Under the pieces are notes generated by a model. That model did not search any database. It was not told the DNA's origin and was given only the letters and a program-made list of their open reading frames with translations. 64,000 nt of DNA from assembly GCA_045633825.1 (NCBI GenBank), contig JAZQZB010000039.1, positions 7,961-71,960 of the forward strand. The letters run 5' to 3'. Below are positions 19,491-31,220 of this stretch, piece after piece. Positions within the stretch are counted from its first letter, which is position 1. Each line of letters starts with the position of its first letter. Position numbers and translations under genes: made by a program. The DNA comes from Alphaproteobacteria bacterium (GTDB lineage Bacteria > Pseudomonadota > Alphaproteobacteria > RF32 > CAG-239).

Positions 19491-20270
19491 TTATTCCTCA
19501 ATGATAATGTCGGTTGTGTGGGCTGTAAGCTCACCTAAAGGGGTGTTTTTTATAAAAACTTTAGCGATGAACGGGTAGTTTGTTTTTTTATCGCGAACTA
19601 TCCAAAAATATACCGGTTTGTTGGTGGAAAATTCCCATAGTTCATCATCTTCTTCTTCAGATAAAACTTTTTTGATATGCATAGAGCATCGGGAAGCTTT
19701 ACCGGTGTAAAAAGAGTGTTCGTCGGCAATTAGGTTATCGGATCCTTCGTCTTTGAATACAACATCAAAACGACGTTTGCCATCGTATACTTTTAGGGTA
19801 GAATCGCAAAAGCCGAGTTCGTTGAATTGGTGTGTTATTTTGGCAATTACGGTTTGTAAGTCAAAAGTATCGGCAGGGGTGGGAGAAGGGGTAAATTCTT
19901 TTTTCTTTTCTTGTCCGTTTTTAGATGTTATTTGATAAATCGGTTTACCGTTTTCATAAAAAACTTTTTTGCGTCTGGTTTTGGATTTGGATTTTGATTC
20001 ATAGTTATAATCAACGGTAGTCATTTGAGAATTTTTGATTGTTCCGGAAGTTATATAATTGGCTTCGAAAGGATAAATGGTATTGAAAAAACCATTGGTC
20101 ATAACTTTTGATGCTATTTTGTAATTGTTTTTGTTTAAAGTGTATGTAAATTCAGTTTTACTGGCATCAAAAAGTCCTACGGTTACAAAAAAGTTGTGCT
20201 TTACCGTAATGGCTTCGGATAAGTTCGGAAAAATTAAACAGATGAGTAAAATTGTTATAAATTTTTGCAT
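19491..20270 (-). CDS. Secreted DUF3108-like protein
   Basis: Signal peptide MQKFITILLICLIFPNLSEA; size and position upstream of ddl as for DUF3108 in alphaproteobacteria. Confidence 0.5.
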   Translation of the reverse strand: MQKFITILLICLIFPNLSEAITVKHNFFVTVGLFDASKTEFTYTLNKNNYKIASKVMTNGFFNTIYPFEANYITSGTIKNSQMTTVDYNYESKSKSKTRRKKVFYENGKPIYQITSKNGQEKKKEFTPSPTPADTFDLQTVIAKITHQFNELGFCDSTLKVYDGKRRFDVVFKDEGSDNLIADEHSFYTGKASRCSMHIKKVLSEEEDDELWEFSTNKPVYFWIVRDKKTNYPFIAKVFIKNTPLGELTAHTTDIIIEE

Positions 20271-20340
20271 TATATTTATTCTTTCTTTAGTATTTGAGTA
20301 TACCATATCATAAAAATTTATAATTTAAAGGAGTTAATAA

Positions 20341-21249
20341 ATGTCTAAAAAGGTTTTGTTGTTGTCTGGCGGTTTTTCTTCGGAACGTGAAGTCAGTTTA
20401 TCAGCAGGAAAAGATATTGAAAAAGCATTGCTTTCCAAAGGATATGAAGTTATTGTATATGATTTGAAAGATACTTGGGATTTTGTCGAAGTTTTGAAAA
20501 AAGAAAAACCTGATGCGGTTTTTAACGGCCTGTACGGAAACTGGGGAGAAGACGGAGCAATTCAGGGAATGTTGGATTTGTTGCAAATTCCGTATACTCA
20601 TTCGGGAATGCATACATCATTAGTAGGTATGGATAAACATTTAACGAAGTATGTCGCTAAAACTTGCGGTATCAGAGTTGCGCAAAGCCAAAAAATGACG
20701 GCTCGTCAGTTTTTTGCTAATGGGACGGTAATCCCTATGCCTTATGTGGTTAAACCGCTTTCTGACGGTTCTTCGGTTGGTGTATTTATTGTTCGAAATC
20801 AAGAAGATATTTTGAAGGTAAAATATAAAGATATTGATAGAGAAGTTTTGATTGAAAAATATATTCCCGGTCGTGAACTAACGGTTATGTGTTTGGAAGA
20901 TAAGGCTTATGTAGTTACAGAATTAAAAGCAGGTAATGATTTTTATGATTATAATGCTAAATATACTAATGGAGTAACACAACATGTTTTGCCGGCAGAA
21001 GTTCCGTATGAGGTTTCGGAAATTTGTAAGGCATATGCCGAAAAATTGCATCAGGCTTTAGGTTGTAATACTGTTTCGAGAGTAGATTTGAGATGGAATG
21101 AAGAAGATGGTGTGGTATTGTTGGAAATAAATACAAACCCGGGTATGACATCTTTGTCATTGGTTCCGGAACAAGCTAAATATGCAGGCATTTCTTATGC
21201 AGATTTATGTGCAAAATTGGTTGAAGGAGCAAAATGCAGAAAAATGTAG
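20341..21249 (+). CDS. ddl: D-alanine--D-alanine ligase
   Basis: ATP-grasp motifs; about 300 aa. Confidence 0.9.
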   Translation: MSKKVLLLSGGFSSEREVSLSAGKDIEKALLSKGYEVIVYDLKDTWDFVEVLKKEKPDAVFNGLYGNWGEDGAIQGMLDLLQIPYTHSGMHTSLVGMDKHLTKYVAKTCGIRVAQSQKMTARQFFANGTVIPMPYVVKPLSDGSSVGVFIVRNQEDILKVKYKDIDREVLIEKYIPGRELTVMCLEDKAYVVTELKAGNDFYDYNAKYTNGVTQHVLPAEVPYEVSEICKAYAEKLHQALGCNTVSRVDLRWNEEDGVVLLEINTNPGMTSLSLVPEQAKYAGISYADLCAKLVEGAKCRKM

Positions 21250-22145
21250 AATTAGAAAATATTAAGTCTAATTCTGTTGTGGTGGTGGCCGGACCGACTG
21301 CATCGGGAAAGTCGTCGTTGGCTATTGATTTGGCATGTAAATATAACGGTGTTGTTATTAATGCCGATGCATCGCAAGTATATAAAGACATTCCGATAAT
21401 TTCGGCAGCACCTGATGAAAATGATAAAGTAAAGGTTGAACATTTGCTTTATGGAGTGTTAGATGCTGATGAAAAAAATTCTGTTTCGGATTGGAGTAAA
21501 TTGGTTGTTGAGGCAATAAAAAATGTTTGGAAACAAGGAAAGTTGCCCATTGTAACCGGCGGAACAGGGTTTTATATCGAAAATTTGGTTAAGGGTGTTT
21601 CACCGATACCGGAAACTAAAGCTGAAATTAAGCAAAAAGTTGCTGATATATTTGATAAAAGAGGGGTATCGGGAGTTTATGAAACTTTGCAAAATGTTGA
21701 TGGAAATGGGGCAAAGTTAGTAAACTCTAATGATACCACTCGAGTAAGACGAGCTTTGGAAATATTTTATGATACAGGCATATCTATCAGTGAGTGGTTT
21801 CAAAAGCCTTTGGTAAAAATTTTGCCGGAGGCTGATTTTAAGGTAATCGTGTTATTGCCTAAATTGAGTGATTTGGAAGAAAAATGTTCTTTGCGTTTTG
21901 ATATTATGATGCAAAATGGCGCACTAGATGAAGTTAAGTCTTTAATGGATAAAAATATTGCCCCAGAAATGCCGATAATGAAGGCAATCGGAGTACCTGA
22001 ATTAATTAGCTTTATAAAAGGTGAGATTGATTTGGAAAAAGCTGTTGAATTGGCAAAATTACATACCAGACAATATGCGAAAAGACAACTTACGTGGTTT
22101 AGAAATCGGTTAAAAAATATAGAGTGTAAACAAATTGTTTTTTAG
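21234..22145 (+). CDS. miaA: tRNA dimethylallyltransferase
   Basis: P-loop VVAGPTASGKSSLAIDLA. Confidence 0.9.
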   Translation: MQKNVELENIKSNSVVVVAGPTASGKSSLAIDLACKYNGVVINADASQVYKDIPIISAAPDENDKVKVEHLLYGVLDADEKNSVSDWSKLVVEAIKNVWKQGKLPIVTGGTGFYIENLVKGVSPIPETKAEIKQKVADIFDKRGVSGVYETLQNVDGNGAKLVNSNDTTRVRRALEIFYDTGISISEWFQKPLVKILPEADFKVIVLLPKLSDLEEKCSLRFDIMMQNGALDEVKSLMDKNIAPEMPIMKAIGVPELISFIKGEIDLEKAVELAKLHTRQYAKRQLTWFRNRLKNIECKQIVF

Positions 22146-22210
22146 CTGTTAACAAAATAATTTGTTGTTGCATATAGGCTAATATGGTTATAAAAAAATA
22201 AAAGGATTAA

Positions 22211-23275
<1,065 letters not shown>

Positions 23276-23336
23276 GTGATATTTTATCAGCCGAGAGAAT
23301 GTTCTCTCGGCTGATAAAAATGGTTGGGAAAACTTT

Positions 23337-24203
23337 ATGAAACGCCGCAGAAGTTTATTTTTGCATTTGAATCAATTAAAAATACTGGCCAAGAAATTTG
23401 CGCTGGTTATTTTGTTTTTAGCGGCGTTGGTGTTGATGTTGTTAAATAAAAATCATAAAAGTGCGGTTAATGAGGTAGTCGGTACAGGAACAGGTGTCGT
23501 GGTTGCAATAGTCGATGTTTTGGTTTTTCCGGCTAAAGCTATATCTTGGACTTATGATTTTCTTTATGATATTGTTACTGTCAGAAAACAGAATATTGCT
23601 CTTATTAATGAAAATAAAAAATTAAAATTGTTAAAAGATAAATATGAAGCTTTGGAAGTTGAAAACAGGCTTTTGACTGATTTATTGAATTTTGCTACAT
23701 TGCCTGATGTTCAGTATATTTCGGCTAAAGTTGTGGCAGAGGAAAGCGATGCGTTTTCGCAATCTGTGGTTGCTTATATCGGAAATAATAATGTAAATAA
23801 AGGCGATGTTGTTTTGTCTGACAGAGGTGTCGTCGGCAGAATTGATAATGTGGGGTCAGTTTATGCTAAAATTATAACTTTGGCGGATATTAACTCCAGA
23901 ATTCCGGTAATGATTGAAAAAAACAGAGTCAGAGGAATTTTGAGCGGAAATAATACGCCTTTTCCTAAACTTACTTTTGTGCCTTTGGATGCTGAAATTA
24001 TGGTCGGTGATAAGGTCGTTACTTCAGGTATATCCGGCGTTTTTCCTGCAGGATTACCTGTCGGACAGGTTGTGTCTGTATCAAAGCATGAGATAAAAAT
24101 TAAGCCTTTTGCATTGTTGGAAAAACTTGAGTATGTAAAAATTGTGAAATATGGCATCGACGGATTGTTGGTTTCGGATGATAAAGAGGTTGTGAATGAG
24201 TGA
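23337..24203 (+). CDS. mreC: Rod shape-determining protein MreC
   Basis: N-terminal TM, coiled coil, position between mreB and mreD. Confidence 0.85.
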   Translation: MKRRRSLFLHLNQLKILAKKFALVILFLAALVLMLLNKNHKSAVNEVVGTGTGVVVAIVDVLVFPAKAISWTYDFLYDIVTVRKQNIALINENKKLKLLKDKYEALEVENRLLTDLLNFATLPDVQYISAKVVAEESDAFSQSVVAYIGNNNVNKGDVVLSDRGVVGRIDNVGSVYAKIITLADINSRIPVMIEKNRVRGILSGNNTPFPKLTFVPLDAEIMVGDKVVTSGISGVFPAGLPVGQVVSVSKHEIKIKPFALLEKLEYVKIVKYGIDGLLVSDDKEVVNE

Positions 24204-24717
24204 GGATTTTGATGAAAAGGTTGTGACTCATTTTCAAAGATCTTTGCCGATTATAACGTCGGTTTTGTTGCTGTTGTTGGCATATTTGCCGCTGAATTTT
24301 GATTTTTTTTATAATGTCCGTCCTGATTTCGGGCTAATGTGTATTTATTTTTGGATGTTGCATCGTCCGGATTTGTTTGGTATCGGAACCATAATTATTA
24401 TGGGAGTGGTTGCTTCAATAATATCATCATCGGTTGCCGGTTGTGTGTTTATTGCTTATTTGGTTATGTATGTTTTAATATATAATACGCAAAAGTTGTT
24501 TAATGCAAAGTCTTTTGTGGTCGTTTGGTATGGCTTTATGGCGTTATCGCTGGTTTCGATGTTTGTTAAATGGATGGTCGTTTCAATTTATTATAATGAA
24601 TTTTTATCAATATCGATGTTAATATTGGGGTATTTGATCGGAATAGTTTTATATCCTATGATATCTATGATTTTAGCTTTTGTTCAAAATAAATTTATTC
24701 AAGGTGACGGGCTATGA
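24196..24717 (+). CDS. mreD: Rod shape-determining protein MreD
   Basis: Polytopic 173-aa membrane protein overlapping mreC and mrdA. Confidence 0.75.
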   Translation: MSEDFDEKVVTHFQRSLPIITSVLLLLLAYLPLNFDFFYNVRPDFGLMCIYFWMLHRPDLFGIGTIIIMGVVASIISSSVAGCVFIAYLVMYVLIYNTQKLFNAKSFVVVWYGFMALSLVSMFVKWMVVSIYYNEFLSISMLILGYLIGIVLYPMISMILAFVQNKFIQGDGL

Positions 24718-26537
24718 ATCGAGATAATGATAAAGGAAAAATTTTAATCGGTCGAGCGCTTTTTTTGGGAGCAATACAGCTTATATTGTTATTTTTGCTT
24801 GTTTTCAGGCTGTATTATCTTCAGGTGTATCAGGCAGATAAATATAAGACATTGGCTGATGAAAACAGAATTTCAACTCGTTTATTGGTTCCGCCAAGAG
24901 GAATTATTTATGATCGACATGAAAATATGTTGGCTGAAAATAAACAAAATTTTCAAGTATTGATTGTGGCTGAACAAACTCCGGATGTTGATAAAACATT
25001 AGCAGCATTTAAGAAAATTATGCCTTTAACGGAAGATGAAGAGAAAAAAATAAGAAAAGATTTAAAAAGAAACAGAAGTTTTGTGCCGATTAAAATTAAG
25101 GATAATTTAGATTGGGAGCAACTTACAAAAATTATGTTGAATATGCCTGATTTGCCGGGAATTGTTATTGATGAAGGTTTATCAAGATATTATCCGTTTG
25201 ATGATATTTTTGCTCATGTGGTCGGATATGTGGCGTCTGTTGAAGAAGATGAAAATACTAAAAAAGATCCTTTGTTAGAAGTTCCCGGTTTTAAGATTGG
25301 TAAGTCGGGAATTGAAAAGTTGTTTGATGACGAGTTGCGCGGTATTGCCGGAAGTCAGAAATTGGAAGTTAATGCTATCGGCCGAATTATTAAAGAAATT
25401 GAAAGTGTCGAAGGTGTTGCCGGTGAAAGAGTTGATTTAAGTTTGGATCTACGATTGCAAAAAGAAGCATATGATTTGTTGGGAGATGAAAGTGGCGCAA
25501 TTGTTATGATGAAAGTTGATACGGGGGAAATATTGACATTTGCTTCGGCTCCGTCATTTGATCCAAATTTGTTTGGACGAGGATTGTCAGTGAAAGAATG
25601 GAATGAACTTACTAATAACGAAAAGAAACCATTGCTTAATAAAGCTGTTTCAGGACAATATTCTCCGGGCTCTACTTTTAAGATGTTGGTCGGCTTGGCG
25701 GCTTTAAGACATGGAGTTAATAATCGAAAAACAAAAGCATTTTGTTCGGGTAAAATGACGCTTGGTAATCATACATTTCATTGTTGGAAAGATGGCGGAC
25801 ACGGGTATGTCGATTTGGAGCAGGCTTTGCAACATTCTTGTGATATTTATTTTTATGAAGTTGCGCAAAAACTCGGGATAAATAAAATTGCTGAAATTGC
25901 GAGAGAATTTGGTTTGGGAATGAAAACCGATATAGGAATTGAAAACGAAAAAAGTGGTTTTATTCCGGATACGGATTGGAAAATGCGACGTTTCGGAGAA
26001 CCTTGGCAACAAGGTGAAAGTATTATTTCCGGTATCGGACAAGGATATATTTTAACTACACCTATACAGTTGGCTACAATGGTGTCGCGTATTGCTAACG
26101 GTGGTTATGAAGTTCATCCGACATTTAAAAAATTTGATAAAAATAATAAACTTGAGTTAAAGAAACTGGATGTTTCGGCATATGGTTTGGAAATTATTAA
26201 AAAGGGTATGTATGATGTTATAAATACGCTTGGAGGTACTGCATATAGTGCTCGATTTGATTTTCAAGGTAAAAAGATGGCCGGCAAAACAGGTACAACT
26301 CAAGTTAGAAGAATTTCGATGAAAGAAAGACAAAGCGGAGTGTTAAAACAAGAGGATTTGCCTTGGAAATACCGTAATCATGCTTTGTTTGTGGGGTATG
26401 CACCGCATGATAATCCGAAATATGGTGTGGCTGTATTGATAGAACATGGAAAATCGGGAACGGCAGCGGCTCATTTGGGGGGTAAAATTTTGCGTAAAGC
26501 TATAGAACTTGATGCTACGGATCAGCCGATTGATTAG
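24714..26537 (+). CDS. mrdA: Penicillin-binding protein 2 (elongasome transpeptidase)
   Basis: SxxK (GSTFK), SCD and KTGT motifs. Confidence 0.95.
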   Translation: MNRDNDKGKILIGRALFLGAIQLILLFLLVFRLYYLQVYQADKYKTLADENRISTRLLVPPRGIIYDRHENMLAENKQNFQVLIVAEQTPDVDKTLAAFKKIMPLTEDEEKKIRKDLKRNRSFVPIKIKDNLDWEQLTKIMLNMPDLPGIVIDEGLSRYYPFDDIFAHVVGYVASVEEDENTKKDPLLEVPGFKIGKSGIEKLFDDELRGIAGSQKLEVNAIGRIIKEIESVEGVAGERVDLSLDLRLQKEAYDLLGDESGAIVMMKVDTGEILTFASAPSFDPNLFGRGLSVKEWNELTNNEKKPLLNKAVSGQYSPGSTFKMLVGLAALRHGVNNRKTKAFCSGKMTLGNHTFHCWKDGGHGYVDLEQALQHSCDIYFYEVAQKLGINKIAEIAREFGLGMKTDIGIENEKSGFIPDTDWKMRRFGEPWQQGESIISGIGQGYILTTPIQLATMVSRIANGGYEVHPTFKKFDKNNKLELKKLDVSAYGLEIIKKGMYDVINTLGGTAYSARFDFQGKKMAGKTGTTQVRRISMKERQSGVLKQEDLPWKYRNHALFVGYAPHDNPKYGVAVLIEHGKSGTAAAHLGGKILRKAIELDATDQPID

Positions 26538-26548
26538 GGAAAAGAAAA

Positions 26549-27688
26549 ATGTATAAGTCGTATGAAACAAGTTTTAGAGGACATAAATTAAGTTTCGCCG
26601 AAAGATTTTGGAGCATAAGCTTTTCATATGTTTTATTGATATTTATTTTGGCAACTATCGGAATTTTTATGTTGTATTCGGCTGCAAACGGAAGTTGGAA
26701 GCCATGGGCTTTTGCACAATTAGTTCGTTTCGGCTTGGGTTTTGGTATGATGATGTTTATGGCTTTGCTGGATATCCGAGTGTTTTTAAGATTTTCGTAT
26801 TTGTTTTATTTTGCTGTTTTGGTATTGTTGGTTTTTGTTGATGTGTTCGGGTATGTCGGTATGGGGGCTCAACGATGGATAAATTTGGGATTTATGAAGT
26901 TGCAACCGTCGGAATTGATGAAGATCGCAATGGTTATGGCTTTGGCCAGATATTTTAACTCGATAACATTGCAAAGTATTGAAACGATTAAGGGAATAAT
27001 TATTCCGTTGCTAATGGTAATTGTGCCGGTGGGATTGGTTTTGGTGCAGCCTGATTTGGGTACGGCATTGATGTTGTTGTTTACTGCCGGTGCAATGTTT
27101 TTTGTGGTCGGAGTACAGCTTTGGAAATTCGGATTGGTAGGGTTAGGCTTGATAATTTCGTTGCCGGTGGTATGGCAATTTTTACATAATTATCAGAAAA
27201 ATCGTGTTTTGACTTTTTTAGATCCCGAAAGAGATCCTCTGGGTGCCGGTTATCATATTATTCAATCTAAAATTGCGCTCGGTTCCGGAGGTGTTTTCGG
27301 TAAGGGATTTTTAAATGGAACCCAGAGCCATTTGAATTTTTTGCCGGAAAAACATACAGACTTTATTTTTACGATGCTTTCGGAAGAATTTGGAATTATC
27401 GGAGCTGTTTTTGTTATATTTATAAACTTTTTATTGATTGCTTACAGTTATGTTTTTGCCTTAAGGTCTGCAAGTTATTATGGAAAACTGTTGGCTATCG
27501 GCCTTACAACAAGTTATTTTTTGTATGTTATTATAAATATTGCGATGGTTTTGGGATTGTTACCGGTAGTCGGTGTGCCGTTACCTTTGATTTCTTACGG
27601 AGGAACGGTTATACTTTCGGTAATGAGCAGTTTCGGAATTATTTTGGCAATTAATTCTAATAGAAATATTAACATCGGAAAAGATTAA
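26549..27688 (+). CDS. rodA: Peptidoglycan glycosyltransferase RodA (SEDS family)
   Basis: FtsW/RodA polytopic pattern after mrdA. Confidence 0.95.
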   Translation: MYKSYETSFRGHKLSFAERFWSISFSYVLLIFILATIGIFMLYSAANGSWKPWAFAQLVRFGLGFGMMMFMALLDIRVFLRFSYLFYFAVLVLLVFVDVFGYVGMGAQRWINLGFMKLQPSELMKIAMVMALARYFNSITLQSIETIKGIIIPLLMVIVPVGLVLVQPDLGTALMLLFTAGAMFFVVGVQLWKFGLVGLGLIISLPVVWQFLHNYQKNRVLTFLDPERDPLGAGYHIIQSKIALGSGGVFGKGFLNGTQSHLNFLPEKHTDFIFTMLSEEFGIIGAVFVIFINFLLIAYSYVFALRSASYYGKLLAIGLTTSYFLYVIINIAMVLGLLPVVGVPLPLISYGGTVILSVMSSFGIILAINSNRNINIGKD

Positions 27689-27764
27689 TATAGGCGGAAA
27701 ACATGACTTATTTACTTGATTTTGTTTTTTGAAATGTAATATTATTATACAGACATAATCAAGA

Positions 27765-29048
27765 ATGAAAAGGGCGGAAAATTTGAGATTTGATGCAGAG
27801 AAATATTTGTTGGAAACTTTAGAGCGCATTACTAAAAATCGTGCTGAATATAAGGTTTTGTACGTTAATATTTCTAAATTGAAGCCTAAAAACAGGCATC
27901 CGAAATTTGTAAAAATAATAACCAGATTGTTTGATGATTTGGTCTTTATTGCTAATGGAACAATGTTTGTTTTGGAAAATGGTGATTTTGTTATTTTGGG
28001 TAAAAATATTACCGATAAAATAGTAAGCGATGTTTTGGAAAAATTGCGCGTGGGTTTAATCTCGGATCCTGTATGGGTATCTAAAAGTTCAAGTGAGTTT
28101 GTTCAAGTTTATGAGCCGGAAGATTTTGATGATTTTTATAAAAAAATCGAAGAGATGATACAAGGTGAAAGAGTGATCAGTGATGTTGTTTATCGTCGTG
28201 CGGTAGATGCTGAACAAATGGATGTAATTAAAGAACATTTGGACATGGTCAGTCTTGTTGATGTTGTTAAGCATCAGGGGGTTATCAGATTAGAAAATTC
28301 ATCTAATTATCGTCGGTTGTTTGATGAATATTTTGTTGCCGTAAAAGATTTGAGCCGGAATTTTGATAAAAATATTGATTTGGTCGGAAATAAATGGTTG
28401 TTTTTGTATTTGACACAAACATTAGATAAAAAAACAATGGCCTCTTTTATGGTCTCCGATATTAGAAATAAAGTGGAAAAGGTTAGTTTAAATCTTAATT
28501 TATCGACAGTTAATACTTCAGATTTTATAAATTTTGAACAATATATTAAGAGTTTGGGGCAACATATTATAGTTGAGGTTCAACCGATTGATGTTTTAAA
28601 TAATATGAAGCTTTATTTTCAAGTTAGAGAAAAGTTGCGTAAATTGGGACACGAGGTTTTGCTTGATGCAACAAGTTTGGAAATGTTGTCATCCATAAAT
28701 ATTAAGGAATTGGATGTCGATTATGTTAAGCTTTTTTGGCATGATTTGATGGATGAATATAGTAAACAAGATGATGAAATTATAAATTTGTTTGAAGAAA
28801 TCGGTAAAAATAAAATTATTTTAGCAAAATGTTTAAATGAAACGGCTGTGCGCTGGGGAATAAAAAAGGGTATCAGAGCTTTTCAAGGACCGTATATTGA
28901 TATGTTGGAAGTGGCAATGATCAGAAAAAATTGCCCGAATGGCAGAAGATGTACGGCCGGTGATTGTTTGAAGCGTAAAAAAATGATTTCCGGATATTTT
29001 AGAGATATGTGTGAATATAAAGAAATTTTAGATAGAAACCCTGGATAA
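27765..29048 (+). CDS. Degenerate EAL-like domain protein with uncharacterised N-terminal domain (paralogue 1)
   Basis: C-terminal region aligns by eye to the EAL fold (...LLDATSLEMLSS..DVDYVKLFWHD...ILAKCLNETAVRWGIKKGIRAFQGPY), but the DDFGTG and EAL catalytic motifs are replaced. Confidence 0.55.
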   Translation: MKRAENLRFDAEKYLLETLERITKNRAEYKVLYVNISKLKPKNRHPKFVKIITRLFDDLVFIANGTMFVLENGDFVILGKNITDKIVSDVLEKLRVGLISDPVWVSKSSSEFVQVYEPEDFDDFYKKIEEMIQGERVISDVVYRRAVDAEQMDVIKEHLDMVSLVDVVKHQGVIRLENSSNYRRLFDEYFVAVKDLSRNFDKNIDLVGNKWLFLYLTQTLDKKTMASFMVSDIRNKVEKVSLNLNLSTVNTSDFINFEQYIKSLGQHIIVEVQPIDVLNNMKLYFQVREKLRKLGHEVLLDATSLEMLSSINIKELDVDYVKLFWHDLMDEYSKQDDEIINLFEEIGKNKIILAKCLNETAVRWGIKKGIRAFQGPYIDMLEVAMIRKNCPNGRRCTAGDCLKRKKMISGYFRDMCEYKEILDRNPG

Positions 29049-29052
29049 AAAT

Positions 29053-30252
29053 ATGGCAAGTACTCGAAAAGAAATATTTGATGATATAAATAGTTTTTGT
29101 GCAAATAGAAGTTTGTATAATGCTCTTTATGTTAATTTGTATAAAATTGGTGAAAAATATAGAACTTCTGTTTATAAAAATGAGTTGGAAACAATGTTTT
29201 TGTCGTTGGTTAAAGATAATGCGGCAAAAACTTTTTTTGTTCAAAATGACGGGTTTTTGGTTGTTTATGATAAAGCAAAAAATGATGATGTTTTGTCTTT
29301 GTTGATAAAAGTCGGGTTTTTGTTTCGTGAAGATGAAACGATAAAAAATAATCCGGATTTACAAAAAAACGGGGTTGTTGTTTTTTATGATGTGGAAAAT
29401 GAATATACATCATTATGCAGAAAAATAGAAGCTTCGTATGAAGAAGAAAAAATTAAAGTTAATCCGAGGTTCATAGAACAAAACGGTTATAAAAAACAGG
29501 CTGTTAATAATAAAAAAATATTTACTACCGAAATGTTATCGAAGGTTCAGAAAATTATATCTGTGTCTGATTTTTCAAGCTTTATTCGTCGTCAAGCGGT
29601 CTGTGCAATTATCGGAAAATCCGCTCCTCAAAGAATTTTTGAAGAAGTTTTTGTCGATATTGAAGATGTTTGTGATTCATTGTTACCGGGGGTTAATATA
29701 AAATCTGATCCTTGGCTTAATCTGGCTTTGTGTGATACATTGGATAAAAGAGTGTTGGATATTATATCTCGCCATGATGATGGTGATTTACTCGGTAATT
29801 TCAGTGTTAATGTAAATGTATCTTCAATATTGTCAGATGAGTTTATTCAGTTCGATGACAGTATTAACGGAGCTATGCGTACAACAATAGCTTTAGAATT
29901 GCGATTGGAAGATATTTTCAGCGATATAAATTCATATCTTTTGGCAAAAACTTTTGCTAAAGCACGCGGATATAAAATTTGTATTGATGGTATAACTATT
30001 GATAAATTGAATTATATAAATCGTCAGAAGTTAGATTGTGATTTGATGAAAATAGAATGGCATCCTTCGTTGATTGATGTTTTTAATAAAGATGAACATT
30101 TTATGGATTATCAGAATAAAGGGGAAAGAGCCAAGATTATTTTGTGTAATATTGATGATCAGTCTGCGGTTGAAGCGGGAAATAATATGGGTATTAATAT
30201 GTATCAGGGAAGATATGTCCAGAGAATGATAAATGATAATAAGCCGATGTAA
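29053..30252 (+). CDS. Degenerate EAL-like domain protein (paralogue 2)
   Basis: Same architecture as the upstream gene (ALYVNLYKIG...; C-terminal ...ILCNIDDQSAVEAGNNMGINMYQGRY); 5-nt intergenic spacing. Confidence 0.55.
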   Translation: MASTRKEIFDDINSFCANRSLYNALYVNLYKIGEKYRTSVYKNELETMFLSLVKDNAAKTFFVQNDGFLVVYDKAKNDDVLSLLIKVGFLFREDETIKNNPDLQKNGVVVFYDVENEYTSLCRKIEASYEEEKIKVNPRFIEQNGYKKQAVNNKKIFTTEMLSKVQKIISVSDFSSFIRRQAVCAIIGKSAPQRIFEEVFVDIEDVCDSLLPGVNIKSDPWLNLALCDTLDKRVLDIISRHDDGDLLGNFSVNVNVSSILSDEFIQFDDSINGAMRTTIALELRLEDIFSDINSYLLAKTFAKARGYKICIDGITIDKLNYINRQKLDCDLMKIEWHPSLIDVFNKDEHFMDYQNKGERAKIILCNIDDQSAVEAGNNMGINMYQGRYVQRMINDNKPM

Positions 30253-30257
30253 TTTGA

Positions 30258-30286
30258 ATAAAAAGTCCTGTTATATAACAGGATTT
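30258..30286. terminator. Bidirectional terminator (aaaagtcctgttatataacaggatttttt)
   Basis: Perfect hairpin between convergent genes. Confidence 0.65.
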
Positions 30287-30287
30287 T

Positions 30288-31217
30288 TTATTCTCGTAAC
30301 CAACGGGATGCTTCTATGGCTGCCATAGCACCGGAACCTGCTGCAATTACTGCTTGACGAAATTGAGGGTCTTTGACATCGCCACAGGCAAAAACTCCTT
30401 CGATATTAGTTTGGCAAGAATCAGGTTTGGTTATGATATAGCCATTATTATCCAAGTTTATTTCGCCACGTAAAAATTCGGTATTCGGTTTGTGACCTAT
30501 GGCAATAAAAACGCCGTCAATTTTGATTATTTCTTCTTTGTCGTTTTGAACATTTTTGATTTTTATGGCTTTTAGATTTTTGTCTTCACCAATAAATTTT
30601 TCTATTGTAGCATTATATTTTATATTTATTTTGGGGTGTTGCTTTATTTTTTCTTGAGCTTTGATATCGGCTCTTAAAGATTCTCGACGATGAATTATGG
30701 TTACGGAACGAGCAAAATTGGCTAAATATAGGGCTTCTTCTAAAGCTGTATTACCGCCGCCGATAACAGCAACATCTTTTCCTTTATAAAAATAACCGTC
30801 ACAAGTGGCGCAAACTGATATGCCATAACCTTTGTATGCTTCTTCCGATTCAATATCCAGCCATTTGGCAGAGGCGCCGGTGGCGATGATGATGCTTTTA
30901 GCATAAAAAACATTATGATTTTGTGAGGAACATTCAAAAGGTGAGTGCGAAAAATCAACTTCAACGATAGTGTCGTTGATAATATTAACTCCTAAATTAA
31001 TGGCTTGTTTTTTCATTGTTTCCATAAGTTCATTACCGGTTATCGGGTGTTCAAAGCCGGGAAAGTTTTCGACATCGTTGCTTAATGTTAATTGTCCGCC
31101 AATTTCGTTGCCGGAAACCAAAATGGTATTTTTGCCGGTGCGAGAAGTGTATATTCCGGCAGTATAACCGGCAGGTCCGGAACCGATGATTAAGATGTCG
31201 CTTTGATATTGTGCCAT
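30288..31217 (-). CDS. trxB: Thioredoxin reductase
   Basis: GSGPAGYTA FAD motif, CATC redox-active disulfide, GGGNTA NADPH motif. Confidence 0.95.
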   Translation of the reverse strand: MAQYQSDILIIGSGPAGYTAGIYTSRTGKNTILVSGNEIGGQLTLSNDVENFPGFEHPITGNELMETMKKQAINLGVNIINDTIVEVDFSHSPFECSSQNHNVFYAKSIIIATGASAKWLDIESEEAYKGYGISVCATCDGYFYKGKDVAVIGGGNTALEEALYLANFARSVTIIHRRESLRADIKAQEKIKQHPKINIKYNATIEKFIGEDKNLKAIKIKNVQNDKEEIIKIDGVFIAIGHKPNTEFLRGEINLDNNGYIITKPDSCQTNIEGVFACGDVKDPQFRQAVIAAGSGAMAAIEASRWLRE

Positions 31218-31220
31218 TGG

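Noticed and set aside
25704-26042. 112-aa minus-strand ORF inside mrdA, and similar antisense ORFs inside miaB, lnt, the U32 peptidase and rodA
   Set aside because: Shadow ORFs within well-supported housekeeping genes; AT-rich antisense frames with no start context.
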